Numbered from the stretch's first letter, positions 47,873-59,066 are shown. The stretch is DNA of 64,000 nt from an uncultured delta proteobacterium (GCA_963823335.1 CAWGLD010000001.1:800001-864000); one strand, 5' to 3'. Notes: generated by a model not told the origin, from the sequence alone. Numbers and translations: made by a program.

Positions 47873-49954
47873 ATGGAATTTTTATTAGAAGCAGATCTGG
47901 GTGGAAAGACCCTCAGTATTCAAACCGGTAAGGTTGCCAAACAGGCATCTGGATCGGTTGTTGTCAGATACGGGGATTCCACCGTTCTGGTTACCGCTGT
48001 GTCGTCCAACGATGAGCGCAATGTCGGATTTCTTCCTTTATCCGTTGAATATCAGGAAAAAATATATGCTGCCGGGAGAATACCCGGAAATTATTTCAGG
48101 CGAGAAATCGGACGCCCAAGCGAAAAAGAGACCCTGACAGCGCGGTTGATCGATCGTCCCATACGCCCGCTTTTCCCAAAATACTATAATTTTGAAACCC
48201 AGGTCATTGCCACCGTGCTGGCTATGGATCAGGAAAATGATGCCGATGTGATGGCCATGGTGGGTGCTTCGGCCGCCCTCACCGTTTCAGACATCCCGTT
48301 TGCAGGCCCCATCGCATGTGTCCGTGTGGGCCGAATCCAGGGAGAACTCAAGATCAACCCCACCATCTCCGAATGCGCTGAGGCCGATATCAATATTATT
48401 GTGGCCGGCTCCAAAACGGGTGTGGTCATGGTGGAAGGCGGCGGTAATGTTGTCAGTGAAAAAGAGATGCTCGACGCTATCTTTTTTGGTCATCAGGGGC
48501 TTCAGCCGCTTATCGACATTCAGGAAAAACTGCGCGAAGCCTGTGGAAAACCCAAAAGAATTTTTACCCCACCCGAGACAGACGAAGCGCTGGTGACAGT
48601 CGTTCATGAGGCTGCTGCCGGAAACATTCGGGAGACCTTGGCCATACCGGATAAAATGCCCCGCTATGATGCCATGAGACAAGTGAAAATAAATCTCATG
48701 CAATCATTGGGTGATGATTATGCAGACAGAGCCGAAGAGATTTCGAAAATTTTTGGAGATCTGAAAAAATCCATCAGCAGAGATATGATTCTCAAGGAAA
48801 ACCGCCGCATCGACAACCGCAAATTCGATGAAGTCCGACCTATTTCCTGCGAGGTGGGGCTTCTTTCCCGGCCCCATGGAAGCGCGCTCTTCACCAGAGG
48901 AGAAACACAGGTACTGGGCGTGTTGACACTGGGATCCGGCCCGGACGAACAACGTGTTGAAACCCTCAGCGGAGAGGAATCTCGCCCATTCATGTTGCAC
49001 TACAATTTCCCGCCATTTTCGGTCGGGGAGGTCAAGCGTATCGGCGGCCCAAGCCGAAGAGATATTGGTCACGGGGGTCTTTCCACTAGAGCCATCGAAA
49101 AGGTTCTGCCTGACAAGGATGTCTTTGACTATACCATCCGCCTCGTTTCAGAAGTTCTGGAATCGAACGGTTCTTCCTCCATGGCTACGGTTTGTGCGGG
49201 AACCCTGGCCTTGATGGATGGGGGTGTCCCCATCAAAGCACCGGTTTCCGGCATCGCCATGGGGCTCGTTAAAGACGGTGACCAAACAATCATTCTGTCC
49301 GATATTCTCGGTGATGAAGACCATACCGGAGACATGGATTTCAAGGTTGCCGGAACCGCCGAAGGAATTACGGCACTCCAGATGGACATCAAAATTCTGG
49401 AACTCTCCAAGGATATCATGGAGGAAGCACTTGAGCAGGCTCGCAAGGGACGCCTGCACATTCTGGAAGAGATGATGAAAGCCCTGGACAAACCCCGGGA
49501 AGACATCTCTCCCTTTGCACCCAAGATATTTGCCCTGGAAATCAACCCGGATAAAATTAGGGAAATCATCGGTCCAGGAGGCAAGGTGATTCGTGCTATC
49601 CAGAGTGAAACCAATACCAGGGTTGAAGTCGATGATTCCGGCGTTGTCAAGATCGCCGCGGCATCTTCCGAAGATCTGGAAGCGGCCATAGCGATGATAA
49701 AGGACATTACCAGGGAAGCTGAAGTAGGTGCGGTCTATGACGGCACCGTGGTCAAAATCACCGATTTTGGCGCCTTCGTACAGATTTTACCGGGAACGGA
49801 CGGTCTGGTTCATATTTCCCAGTTGGCCAATTACCGTGTAAAAAAAGTCACCGATATCGTCAAAGAAGGTGATACCCTCAAGGTTAAAGTACTGGAAGTC
49901 GGAAGGGATGGTAAAATCCGTCTAAGCCACAAAGCTGTACAGGAAGATGAATAA
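47873..49954 (+). CDS. pnp: Polyribonucleotide nucleotidyltransferase
   Basis: [31 protein letters not shown] and S1 domains. Confidence 0.98.
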   Translation: MEFLLEADLGGKTLSIQTGKVAKQASGSVVVRYGDSTVLVTAVSSNDERNVGFLPLSVEYQEKIYAAGRIPGNYFRREIGRPSEKETLTARLIDRPIRPLFPKYYNFETQVIATVLAMDQENDADVMAMVGASAALTVSDIPFAGPIACVRVGRIQGELKINPTISECAEADINIIVAGSKTGVVMVEGGGNVVSEKEMLDAIFFGHQGLQPLIDIQEKLREACGKPKRIFTPPETDEALVTVVHEAAAGNIRETLAIPDKMPRYDAMRQVKINLMQSLGDDYADRAEEISKIFGDLKKSISRDMILKENRRIDNRKFDEVRPISCEVGLLSRPHGSALFTRGETQVLGVLTLGSGPDEQRVETLSGEESRPFMLHYNFPPFSVGEVKRIGGPSRRDIGHGGLSTRAIEKVLPDKDVFDYTIRLVSEVLESNGSSSMATVCAGTLALMDGGVPIKAPVSGIAMGLVKDGDQTIILSDILGDEDHTGDMDFKVAGTAEGITALQMDIKILELSKDIMEEALEQARKGRLHILEEMMKALDKPREDISPFAPKIFALEINPDKIREIIGPGGKVIRAIQSETNTRVEVDDSGVVKIAAASSEDLEAAIAMIKDITREAEVGAVYDGTVVKITDFGAFVQILPGTDGLVHISQLANYRVKKVTDIVKEGDTLKVKVLEVGRDGKIRLSHKAVQEDE

Positions 49955-51224
49955 CTACCCCGGGGCAAGTAAATCCGACCTGAACAACGGCGTAAAAATC
50001 ATTACCAAGCAAATGCCGTATGTTCGCTCGGTGACGATGGGCATCTGGGTCAATGTCGGGTCCAGGGATGAGGCCATTGCTGAAAACGGTCTGTCTCACC
50101 TTATCGAACATCTGATCTTCAAGGGAACAGAAAAGCGCTCCGCTTTTCAAATCGCCAAGGAGTTCGATGACATTGGTGGGCAGACCAATGCATTTACAAC
50201 CATGGAAAATACCTGTTTTCATGCCAAGGTGATGGATTCACACCTGGAAACCATGATCGAGGTCATGTCCGACATTTTTTTGAATTCATTGTTCGATGAA
50301 GAAGAAGTGCTCAAGGAGCGACCCGTTATTCTGCAGGAAATCGGGATGGTTGAAGACAGTCCCGATGAATATATTCATGTCCTTTCCGGAAAACACTTCT
50401 GGGGGGATCATCCTTTGGGTCGTTCCATTCTTGGCACCCGTGAGAACATCCTTCGATTTGACGCTGAAACCATCAAGCAATTCTTTCAGCGTCTCTATCA
50501 ACCGGATCGCATCATCATTTCTGCCTCCGGTAACGTGGATCATCAGAAGTTCGTCGATCTTATCGGCCCGGCCTTCGAATCCATTCAAAAAGGCGATGGC
50601 TTTCCCGAAAGAAAGATACCCGCCGGCAACACCAGCGTCAATCTCCACGCCAGAAAACTTGAGCAGACCCATATCTGTATCGGGCTAAACGGCCTCTCCA
50701 CGGGCCATTCCCAGCGATATGGTTTCTCTCTCATGAGCACCCTTTTGGGCGGCAACATGAGCTCCCGGCTATTTCAGGACATTCGGGAAAAAAGAGGCCT
50801 GGCCTATACGGTCTATTCGTTTGTGTCCACCCATGTGGACAGCGGTATGTTTGGTGCCTACGCCGCGGTAGATCCTGCCAGGGCCTTTGAAACCGCACAG
50901 TTGCTGGTGAACCACATGCACAACCTGAAAAAGCACCGTGTTCAGGAATCCGAACTCAGGGGTGCCAAAGAGTACATCAAGGGAAATCTGTTGCTGTCAT
51001 CTGAAAGCAGTGAGAACCAGATGGTTCGACTTGCTCAGAATGAAATGCATTTCAAACGCCAGGTCCCGTTACAGGAAGTGGTGGAAAAGATCGATGCTGT
51101 CACAGCAGATGACATCCAGGATATCGCTGACAGACTTTTCAGCAACAGCAAGACATCCCTGACCGTGCTGGGCCAGACCAAAGACAAAAAAGACTACGAA
51201 AACATTTTGAGCCCTTTAATCTAA
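49947..51224 (+). CDS. M16 (pitrilysin-family) zinc peptidase
   Basis: HLIEH inverted Zn motif, [19 protein letters not shown]. Confidence 0.93.
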   Translation: MNNYPGASKSDLNNGVKIITKQMPYVRSVTMGIWVNVGSRDEAIAENGLSHLIEHLIFKGTEKRSAFQIAKEFDDIGGQTNAFTTMENTCFHAKVMDSHLETMIEVMSDIFLNSLFDEEEVLKERPVILQEIGMVEDSPDEYIHVLSGKHFWGDHPLGRSILGTRENILRFDAETIKQFFQRLYQPDRIIISASGNVDHQKFVDLIGPAFESIQKGDGFPERKIPAGNTSVNLHARKLEQTHICIGLNGLSTGHSQRYGFSLMSTLLGGNMSSRLFQDIREKRGLAYTVYSFVSTHVDSGMFGAYAAVDPARAFETAQLLVNHMHNLKKHRVQESELRGAKEYIKGNLLLSSESSENQMVRLAQNEMHFKRQVPLQEVVEKIDAVTADDIQDIADRLFSNSKTSLTVLGQTKDKKDYENILSPLI

Positions 51225-51270
51225 TTTGATTCCGGCCCGCGCTGAAAGCAGCGGGGAATTTACATATTTC

Positions 51271-51729
51271 ATGACGTATCACCCCGCCATTCAACTTCGA
51301 CGCCTGCAACCCGAGAGAGACATGGATATCCCTTTGCCTGCCTATATGACACCTCTGGCAGCCGGCATGGATGTCTGTGCAGCCATCGAAACAGCTGAAC
51401 ATCTCGCTCCCGGAGACATCGTCCTTATCCCCACGGGTCTTGCCATGGCGATCCCAAGGGGGTTTGAAGTCCAGGTTCGACCCCGGAGTGGACTGGCTAT
51501 CAAACACGGCATCAGTGTTGTCAATGCACCAGGTACCATCGATGCGGACTACCGCGGCGAAATCAAAGTTGGCCTGATCAATCTGGGTTCAAAGCCCTAT
51601 ACGGTTCACCGGGGAGATCGTATTGCCCAATTGATCGTACAACAGGTATATCAGGCAAGCATCACGCTGGTGGATGAACTCGATGAAACCGAGCGCAACG
51701 AAGGGGGCTTCGGGCATACGGGGAAGTGA
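51271..51729 (+). CDS. dut: dUTP diphosphatase
   Basis: AAGMD, RPRSGLA, GTIDADYRGE, RIAQ, R.EGGFGHTG. Confidence 0.97.
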   Translation: MTYHPAIQLRRLQPERDMDIPLPAYMTPLAAGMDVCAAIETAEHLAPGDIVLIPTGLAMAIPRGFEVQVRPRSGLAIKHGISVVNAPGTIDADYRGEIKVGLINLGSKPYTVHRGDRIAQLIVQQVYQASITLVDELDETERNEGGFGHTGK

Positions 51730-51734
51730 TTGCA

Positions 51735-51815
51735 GGGGTGAGTGAGGGTCTGAGGATTGGAGGGGTGGAGGGTAGCTATAAGCAGTAAGCACCTAACAGT
51801 CTGAACACCTGAAAC
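51735..51815 (+). repeat. Composite 8-mer plus 7-mer degenerate array
   Basis: gggtgagtgagggtctgaggattggaggggtggagggt-agctataagcagtaagc-acctaacagtctgaacacctgaaac. Confidence 0.65.
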
Positions 51816-51827
51816 GCTATCAAGGAT

Positions 51828-52727
51828 ATGTTTTTCAATTTACAGACAAAAAAATCAAGTGTTCACATGAACCCGAACAAAGCATCAACCTCAAAAATCA
51901 CACCGCAAACATCCGAGCACCTGACCGTCTGTATACTGGCCAGCGGCAGCAAGGGGAATGCCATTCTGGTCGCTGACCAAAATACCAGGGTTCTTTTTGA
52001 TGCAGGTCTGTCTGGAATTGAGATTGAACGCCGTTGCAAATCAAAAGGGTTCCATCCCGACCAATTAGATGCCATTGTCGTTTCTCACGAACACTCGGAT
52101 CACATTCAGGGTGTTGGTGTTCTGGCCCGGAGATTTGGCCTGCCGGTTCATATCTCTAAAAGAACCCGCCAGACCGCAGGCGCCTTGCTGGGGAAAATAG
52201 CCGATATTCGACATTTTGAGTGCGGAACCCCCTTTACGGTCAATACCTGGACCATTTCGCCATTTTCCATCTCCCATGATGCAGAAGACCCTGCTGGATT
52301 TACCATTCTCAACAATGGCATGAAAATCGGCATCGCCACCGATCTGGGCGTGGTCACTGCGATGGTCAAGGAACGTCTCAAGGCGTGTCAAATACTCATT
52401 CTAGAGGCGAATCATGACCCGCAGATGCTCATCAATGGACCCTATCCATGGCCCTTGAAACAACGCATCCAAAGTAGAACCGGCCATCTTTCCAATGAGG
52501 CCTCTAGAGAGCTTGTAACAGCTCTGAAACATAAAGGCCTTCAGCATGTGGTTCTCGCGCACCTGAGCGAAACCAACAACACACCCCAGAAGGCCCTGCA
52601 GGAGGTCGGTCTGGCATTGAACGATTGTAATACACAATTACATGTTGCAACCCAGGATGTTTGTGCGGAGATACTGCAAATAGAAGGGTTTAAGGGTTCA
52701 CGGATTGGAGGGTTGGCGGGTGGCTAA
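51828..52727 (+). CDS. MBL-fold metallo-hydrolase (YycJ/WalJ-like)
   Basis: LASGSKGN, SHEHSDH, SHDA.DP.GF, EANHD, YPWPLKQRI, GHLSN, HLSETNN. Confidence 0.9.
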   Translation: MFFNLQTKKSSVHMNPNKASTSKITPQTSEHLTVCILASGSKGNAILVADQNTRVLFDAGLSGIEIERRCKSKGFHPDQLDAIVVSHEHSDHIQGVGVLARRFGLPVHISKRTRQTAGALLGKIADIRHFECGTPFTVNTWTISPFSISHDAEDPAGFTILNNGMKIGIATDLGVVTAMVKERLKACQILILEANHDPQMLINGPYPWPLKQRIQSRTGHLSNEASRELVTALKHKGLQHVVLAHLSETNNTPQKALQEVGLALNDCNTQLHVATQDVCAEILQIEGFKGSRIGGLAGG

Positions 52728-52790
52728 TAGCAATTAGCCCTAAGCCAAAAGCGACGAACAGCCTACAGTCTAAAAACCAAACCAACACAA
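52683..52790 (+). repeat. Composite 8-mer plus 7-mer degenerate array
   Basis: agggtttaagggttcacggattggagggttggcgggt-ggctaatagcaattagccctaagccaaaagc-...agcctacagtctaaaaacc; the 8-mer part forms the 3' end of the MBL ORF. Confidence 0.65.
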
Positions 52791-52803
52791 TACGGAGCAG
52801 AAA

Positions 52804-53754
52804 ATGTCAGATACCATTTACGATGTCATCATCATTGGAGGCGGCCCGGGAGGGCTGACAGCTGGTATTTATGCTAAGAGAGCTGCCATGAATGCGGTCT
52901 TGATCGAAAAAGGCGCCCCCGGCGGTCAGATCATTAACTCAGATGAAGTTGAAAATTATCCGGGATTCGAACATATCAGTGGTGCCGAGCTGGGGATAAA
53001 GTTCAGCCAGCATGCCGGCAGCTATGGCCTGGAAGTCATGGGACGCGAGGTTGCGGCTATCATACCTGGTGCGGATTCGCATACCGTGAAACTGGACAAC
53101 GGTACCATCCTCAAGACGCATGCGCTGATTCTGGGCACCGGCGGAAATCCCCGAAAGCTCAATATCCCTGGCGAAAGCGAATTCTACGGGAAAGGTGTCT
53201 CTTATTGCGCAGTTTGCGACGGCTTTTTTTTCAGGGGCAAGACTGTTGTGGTGGTGGGTGGTGGCGACTCGGCAACAGAAGAAGCACTCTATCTGGCCAA
53301 GATTACCGAAAAGGTCTACATCGCCCACCGCAGAGATGCCTTGCGGGCCGGCATGCTCCTGCAACAACGTGTTTTCGATGAATGTAAAATTGAGATGCTC
53401 TGGAACACTGTCTTAACCAGTATCAAGGCCAATGACCAAGGTGTCTATGCAGTAGACCTGAAAGACACCCAGACAAACGATGAACGGGAGCTGTCAATAG
53501 ACGGCGTGTTTATCTTTATCGGGTTTGAACCCAACAACGGTATCGTACCAGCCGGTGTCAAGATGTCGGTGGAGGGCAACGTCATCACCGATGAAAAATG
53601 CGAAACTGCCATTCCCGGTATCTATGCCATCGGTGATATCAGGGAAAAATATGCCCGGCAGATAATAACAGCAGCTGCCGATGGGTGTGTGGCAGCACTT
53701 GCCGCAGCCCACTATGTGGAAGCCAAAAAAGCTAAGGATTCGTGTACCGTATAA
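52804..53754 (+). CDS. trxB: Thioredoxin-disulfide reductase
   Basis: GGGPGG, VENYPG, SYCAVCDG, GGGDSA, AIGD. Confidence 0.95.
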   Translation: MSDTIYDVIIIGGGPGGLTAGIYAKRAAMNAVLIEKGAPGGQIINSDEVENYPGFEHISGAELGIKFSQHAGSYGLEVMGREVAAIIPGADSHTVKLDNGTILKTHALILGTGGNPRKLNIPGESEFYGKGVSYCAVCDGFFFRGKTVVVVGGGDSATEEALYLAKITEKVYIAHRRDALRAGMLLQQRVFDECKIEMLWNTVLTSIKANDQGVYAVDLKDTQTNDERELSIDGVFIFIGFEPNNGIVPAGVKMSVEGNVITDEKCETAIPGIYAIGDIREKYARQIITAAADGCVAALAAAHYVEAKKAKDSCTV

Positions 53755-53848
53755 GGAGGGTGAAGGGTTTGAGGTTGGAGGGGTCAAGGGTGACTGAAAG
53801 CAATGAGCCATAAGCAGTAAGCTATAAGCTGCTAAAAGTATAGCCTAA
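53755..53848 (+). repeat. Composite 8-mer plus 7-mer degenerate array
   Basis: gagggtgaagggtttgaggttggaggggtcaagggt-gactgaaagcaatgagccataagcagtaagctataagc. Confidence 0.65.
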
Positions 53849-53919
53849 ATTCCTATAATGCTATAGAGGAATGCAGGTCTCGGGTGTTTTACGGAACACT
53901 CAATATGGGAAGTTCCAAG

Positions 53920-54033
53920 TTGAGCGACTTGTCAGTTTGCTGCAGATACAAGGAAAATGTTGTTGCGCTATAGTGAACTATGCGCAATGGCATTTGACAC
54001 AGTAGCTGCGGTAAAATGGACGTCGCACATCAA
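53920..54033. repeat. Palindromic element family C copy
   Basis: ttgagcgac...tacaaggaaaatgttgttgcgctatagtgaactatgcgcaatggcatttgacacagtag...gtcgcacatcaa. Confidence 0.75.
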
Positions 54034-54300
54034 AAAACAATGGGCGGCCTGACCAGGGCCGCCCGATGAAAAGAGAAAGGAGGTATGGATAAAAAGGAAT
54101 CAGTGATGAGTCGATTCCATGGATCCTGAGTGGCTTCCCAAAAATGCCGTTTGTTGTCCGGGTCACATCTCTTTTTTTTATTTTGAAGATGACCGGAAAA
54201 GATGCACGTACACCCGAGAAGCCTTGATAAATGTCACCTCAAACTTTCGTTCGCATTGGTTAACCTTTGGAGGCGCGAAGGCCGTCACGTGGTTTTTTTG
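54032..54300 (-). ncRNA. Candidate sRNA (or long 3' UTR) with anti-SD tract and terminator
   Basis: Minus strand: stems cacgt/acgtg, cctc(c)aaa/tttgagg, ccggtcatct/agatgtgacccgg; CCAUACCUCCUUUC tract; GGGCGGCC-7 nt-GGCCGCCC followed by AUUGUUUUUU. Confidence 0.35.
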
Positions 54301-54516
54301 TCGGTATTGAAGTTGGGCGACATTTTCATTCTGTATCTGACAAAGAGCATTTACTACGCGCTGTTTGATTATTTTATATTTCAAATACTGTGCCAAAATC
54401 ACATTTTCTTCACAACCCCTATATTTTATTGTAAATAATTTATTTTTCACATCAAAACCGCTTGACGGTTTTCAGACAAACGTGACAAAAATTGTCATGT
54501 TTTTTGCCATAAATTG

Positions 54517-55623
54517 TCATATTTGTACTAAATTGTACTCTCGAGAGCCCAATCCCAGATGTTCCGCATAAGCGAGTTGAATGGTCCAGTCAGTTTTTGG
54601 ATACAGGGTCCTGAATTTATCGGATCCGGCTTCCCTACCTTCCTTCAAGCATGAATCCGGCAGGCCCGGCTCTTTGTTCACCAGATCCACGGAAGCCTGG
54701 TCGATGGCCACAGGATCAAGGGAAGCCAGAATACCGATATCCCGCACAATGGGTGCATCTGCCACTGGCCAACAATCACATGCCGGTGACACATTGGTGA
54801 TAAAATTGATGAACAAGGATTTGTCTTGCTTGTTCTTCAATACCCCCATGGCGTATTCCACCATTTTCTCCATAAAATCCGGTATGGATTTACCGAATTG
54901 CACCTGAATGGCCATCTGAGGGCAAATGAGAATACATTCCCCACAGCCGATACATTTTTCAGGATCGATGATAGCCTTTTCCTCCGTCAGAGATATGGCG
55001 CTCTGGGAACAATGATCCATGCATCCGCCGCAACCGATACATTTTTTTCGCTTGACCTTGGGCGCGATACCTGAGTGCTGCACCAGTTTGCCGGCTCTTG
55101 AAGCACATCCCATACCCACATTCTTTAAGGCGCCGCCAAATCCGGTCAGGTCGTGCCCCTTGAAATGTGCCACCGATATAAGGGTATCTGCATTCACGAT
55201 TTCAGACCCAATGTAGGCTGTTTCCACATGTTTCTGGTTGATGAAAACTTCGGTCTGGCTGCGCCCCATCAAGCCATCGGCGATGATAATCGGTGCGTCC
55301 ACCACCACATATGAGAATCCATTCTGGATGGCGGTGATGGTGTGGTTGACAGCGTCTCCCCGTGAACCCTTGTAGAGGGTATTGGCATCTGTAACAAAGG
55401 GTCTTCCGCCTACCTCTTTGATCTTCTGGACAATTTCACGAATAAAAATAGGCCGGATAAAAGCCGTGTTGCCTTTCTCACCAAAATGGAGCTTCAAGGC
55501 CACCAGATCGCGTTTACTCACCACACCGGACAGACCCGCAGCCTCCAAAAGCTTACCAAGCTTTTGGAATAAATTGTCCTTCCAGGTTGCCCGTAAATTG
55601 ATAAAATAAACATCACTCGACAT
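54517..55623 (-). CDS. DUF362 family protein with 2x[4Fe-4S] ferredoxin domain
   Basis: KLHFGEKGN, DANTLY, HFKGH, GMGCASRAGK, CxxCxxCxxxC x2, SPACDC. Confidence 0.9.
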   Translation of the reverse strand: MSSDVYFINLRATWKDNLFQKLGKLLEAAGLSGVVSKRDLVALKLHFGEKGNTAFIRPIFIREIVQKIKEVGGRPFVTDANTLYKGSRGDAVNHTITAIQNGFSYVVVDAPIIIADGLMGRSQTEVFINQKHVETAYIGSEIVNADTLISVAHFKGHDLTGFGGALKNVGMGCASRAGKLVQHSGIAPKVKRKKCIGCGGCMDHCSQSAISLTEEKAIIDPEKCIGCGECILICPQMAIQVQFGKSIPDFMEKMVEYAMGVLKNKQDKSLFINFITNVSPACDCWPVADAPIVRDIGILASLDPVAIDQASVDLVNKEPGLPDSCLKEGREAGSDKFRTLYPKTDWTIQLAYAEHLGLGSREYNLVQI

Positions 55624-55655
55624 GCAAACCTCCTTTGGTATATGATACGTTTCAT

Positions 55656-56336
55656 ATGGACATTATATCAAAATTAGCGCTGCTCGACCAGCTCTACAGC
55701 CTGTTTGACGCGTTTACCGACACAGAAGCCCTCGCCTGCAAGAGACAATGTGCCACCTGCTGCACCTGCAACATGACCTTGACCACGTTGGAAGGATATA
55801 AAATTATATCCCTTCTGGGTGCAAGGATAAAAGCAACTCTTGTCCAGCATATTTATGATGCTGTCGATCAAAGACGCTTTACACCGCAAATCACCACCAA
55901 CCAGATGGCTCGTCTCTGCATGACCGGTCAGGAAATTCCAGAAGAAATCATCGATCCCGCATGGGGATCCTGTCCGCTTTTGTCACAAAATGAATGCCCC
56001 ATCTATCCGATACGACCCTTTGGCTGCCGGTGCATGGTATCCAAAACCATCTGCGCTGAAACCGGGTATGCCGACATGGACACATTTACCCTCACCGTAG
56101 CGAATCTGTTCAATCAATTCATCGAACATCTGGATCAAGACGGAATGTCCGGCAACCTGATCGATGTGCTGCTGTTCCTTGATGACGAAAAAAATATTAA
56201 GGCATATCAATCGGCTAAGACGGACATTGCCGCGGAGGGATTGATCCCCAACAGCCCTATGCCGGTGCTGATGATACCCCCGGAACACCGGGAGCGGGTT
56301 GATCCACTTTTAAACGCCTTAAAGGAGCTGCTTTGA
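55656..56336 (+). CDS. YkgJ-like Cys-cluster protein
   Basis: CKRQCATCC, CPLL, CPIYPIRPFGCR. Confidence 0.8.
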   Translation: MDIISKLALLDQLYSLFDAFTDTEALACKRQCATCCTCNMTLTTLEGYKIISLLGARIKATLVQHIYDAVDQRRFTPQITTNQMARLCMTGQEIPEEIIDPAWGSCPLLSQNECPIYPIRPFGCRCMVSKTICAETGYADMDTFTLTVANLFNQFIEHLDQDGMSGNLIDVLLFLDDEKNIKAYQSAKTDIAAEGLIPNSPMPVLMIPPEHRERVDPLLNALKELL

Positions 56337-56602
56337 AAGCCACAAACACATCAGAAGACCTTCATAGTATTCCCGGGGTCGGCCCAAAACTTGCCCAAGC
56401 ATTGATGGACCTCGGGTATCTGCGGGTTTCTCAACTGCGGGATGCTGATCCAGAACAGATGTATGAACAGCTAGGTGCGCTCCGCGGTATGCACATCGAT
56501 CGATGTGTGTTGTACGTGTTCCGGTGTGCCGTCTACTTTGCCGACAATACCGTGCATGACCGGGAGCGTTTAAAGTGGTGGAATTGGAAAGATACTCTGT
56601 AG
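56333..56602 (+). CDS. Helix-hairpin-helix protein (Cdd1-like)
   Basis: IPGVGP HhH motif, DRCVLYVFRCAVYFA, KWWNWKD. Confidence 0.8.
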   Translation: MKATNTSEDLHSIPGVGPKLAQALMDLGYLRVSQLRDADPEQMYEQLGALRGMHIDRCVLYVFRCAVYFADNTVHDRERLKWWNWKDTL

Positions 56603-56608
56603 ATCCGC

Positions 56609-57448
56609 TCAGAAGCTGATCAGCTTTTGGGCATTCTCCCCACAAACCGCGTTCATTTCCTCCTGTGTCAATCCTGCGGCCTCGAACTCCTTGAAATACC
56701 GTGAAGGTCTGATCAAGGGGAAATCCGTTCCAAAGAGGATTTTTTCCACACCGACAATGTCGATGGCGTGCCGGTAAATGGCAGGATGGTATAAAAACGG
56801 GGATGCTGCCGTGTCCAGCCAGACATTCCTCAAGGCTTCCCTGACCTCTTTTTTCAAAAGCCCATAGAAAAAGATCCCCCCGCCCCAATGGGCCAGAACG
56901 ATCTTATTGCCCTGAAATCGTGTGACAATATCGTATATCTGGGCCAGAGTGTTCTCTGATTTTCCAGGGTACATGTGCCCCACAGGTTCGTTGGTGTGAA
57001 TCAATACCGGTAGATCTTTTTCCTTGCAGATCGCCATGATGGGTGCCAGGCTGTCCCGTGCCTCACAGACAATGCCGGTTTCGTAAAAAGCCAGTTCCCC
57101 TACCCCGGACAGACCGCCGGCAATGCACCGCGTAACTTCTGAAGCGGCGCTTTCACTGCAGGTATCCAGGCAGCAGAATCCTTTGATCCGGTCCGGATAT
57201 TTTGCCACCACCTCCATGATATAATCATTGTGCATCGTCGAATATTCCTTATTTTTCCAAGGAAATCCGAATGCTACGGACACATCTACCTGTTCTTCAT
57301 CCATCACCCGGAGCATGTCACGGCCGCCGATAAGTTTGGCTTTTTCCCATGCATAGAGCATCTTGAAGGCGGGTTCGCCCATAAAATATTTTTCGCGGTT
57401 TTGCCGCATGCTTTTGGGAAACAAGTGCGTATGGAAATCGATTATCAC
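56609..57448 (-). CDS. Amidohydrolase family protein
   Basis: IIDFHTH, GVGEL, AHWGGG, LFGTDFP. Confidence 0.9.
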   Translation of the reverse strand: MIIDFHTHLFPKSMRQNREKYFMGEPAFKMLYAWEKAKLIGGRDMLRVMDEEQVDVSVAFGFPWKNKEYSTMHNDYIMEVVAKYPDRIKGFCCLDTCSESAASEVTRCIAGGLSGVGELAFYETGIVCEARDSLAPIMAICKEKDLPVLIHTNEPVGHMYPGKSENTLAQIYDIVTRFQGNKIVLAHWGGGIFFYGLLKKEVREALRNVWLDTAASPFLYHPAIYRHAIDIVGVEKILFGTDFPLIRPSRYFKEFEAAGLTQEEMNAVCGENAQKLISF

Positions 57449-57585
57449 GTTTCACTCCTCCAGAATCGCGTGCTTCAAATTTCGTTTTCTGATCATCCCA
57501 CAGTCCGGATGCCATTTTTCTACGCTTTCCACAACCTATTTTTTAAGCACGGCTTGCCGAACGCAACAAATTGATAGATAGTATA

Positions 57586-57628
57586 ATAAAATTATAGGAC
57601 GTTTTATCGAACGCGACATTTTCGCTCC
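57586..57628 (+). repeat. REP-like family D copy (degenerate)
   Basis: ataaaattataggacgttttatcgaacgcgacattttcgctcc. Confidence 0.5.
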
Positions 57629-57765
57629 AAAACAAAAAAATATAATTTTTACCCCTGCAGCAAGCTACAGAGTATTTCGGAATTTTTGCTTCAATCCCAT
57701 GGGTTTGCTCTTTGGCCCGGACATGTGATAACTATAAAGACAACTATTGGATAGGAGGTTTAGCG

Positions 57766-58833
57766 ATGGCGAAGCTGTTTTCACCTTTAAAAATCAAAGA
57801 CATTGTTTTCAAGAACCGTATATTCGTCTCACCCATGTGTCAGTACTCCTCTGAAAATGGACTGCCGAACACCTGGCACCTGGTGCATTTGGGCACCCGT
57901 GCCGTGGGTGGTGCCGGTTTAGTGTTCGCCGAGGCGACAGCTGTCTCCCCGGAGGGGCGGATTTCACCTGGAGATTGCGGTATCTGGTCAGATAAGCACA
58001 CGGAGGCGTTCACACCGATTGCCGCCTTTATCGAAACCCAGGGAGCGATTCCGGGAATCCAAATCGGACATGCCGGACGAAAGGCTTCCACAGACCTGCC
58101 GTGGCAAGGAGGGCTTCCGTTGACGGAAGGAAACGGCGGATGGCAACCGATCGCTCCCAGCCCTGTTGCCTTCGATAAAACACATCCCGTGCCGAGGGAA
58201 ATGACCGAAGCGGATATGGATCGTGTCGTCGCCGAGTTTACAACGGCTGCCCAAAGAAGTCTTTCGGCCGGTTTTAAAGTTCTGGAACTTCACATGGCCC
58301 ATGGGTATCTGATACATCAATTTTTGTCGCCGATATCGAATCGGCGAAATGATCTGTGGGGCGGAACGCTTGAAAACAGACTGTCTTTTCCCCTCAGGAT
58401 AGCAGCGGCTGTTCGGAACGTTTGGCCCGAAAACCTGCCCCTGTTTGTACGGATTTCCTGTACTGACTGGGTCGAAAACGGCTGGGACCTTTCCCAGTCC
58501 ATCGATTTATCAAGACGGCTCAAAGATCTGGGTGTAGACTTTATCGACTGTTCCAGCGGTGGAACCGTCCCCGATGCACGTATCCCGGCAGGTTCTGGTT
58601 TTCAAGCCGTGTTTTCAGCTGCTGTCCGCAAAGCTGTCGACCTTGCAACCGGAGCCGTAGGTTTGATTACAGCACCGGCCCAGGCCGAACAGGTTCTGGT
58701 AACCGAACAGGCCGATGCCGTTCTGCTGGGACGGGAATTTTTACGCTCGCCCTATTGGCCGATGATCGCTGGTGCCGCACTGGGTGTGGATCTGGAATGG
58801 CCGGATCAATACAAACGTGCCAAACCGATGTGA
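57766..58833 (+). CDS. NADH:flavin oxidoreductase, YqjM/NamA-type old yellow enzyme
   Basis: SPMCQYS, EATAV.PEGRI, HAGRKAS, HMAHGYL; AGGAGG RBS. Confidence 0.92.
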   Translation: MAKLFSPLKIKDIVFKNRIFVSPMCQYSSENGLPNTWHLVHLGTRAVGGAGLVFAEATAVSPEGRISPGDCGIWSDKHTEAFTPIAAFIETQGAIPGIQIGHAGRKASTDLPWQGGLPLTEGNGGWQPIAPSPVAFDKTHPVPREMTEADMDRVVAEFTTAAQRSLSAGFKVLELHMAHGYLIHQFLSPISNRRNDLWGGTLENRLSFPLRIAAAVRNVWPENLPLFVRISCTDWVENGWDLSQSIDLSRRLKDLGVDFIDCSSGGTVPDARIPAGSGFQAVFSAAVRKAVDLATGAVGLITAPAQAEQVLVTEQADAVLLGREFLRSPYWPMIAGAALGVDLEWPDQYKRAKPM

Positions 58834-59066
58834 GCACCGGAAACGAATAGACGGGCTATGGGAGAGAGAAATATCCTCTCAACTCAGGAACTATTTGAAA
58901 TGACTCCTTACGGAACATATTTCCGACACCGACGATTGAAGAACCTCGCAGCGACCCCCATCGAGTGTGATGGGCATACCATTGTACATTTGTTTTATGG
59001 GGCACTACAATGGCGGTCTATCTCAATAGCGCACTGTAAACAACACCGGTTAAGGAGGACTATACC

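Noticed and set aside
51236-51261. Hairpin cccgcgctgaaagcagcgggg resembling an IS605 end, as partner of 47277
   Set aside because: Weak match and the enclosed genes (rpsO, pnp, M16 peptidase) are core; no evidence of a composite element.
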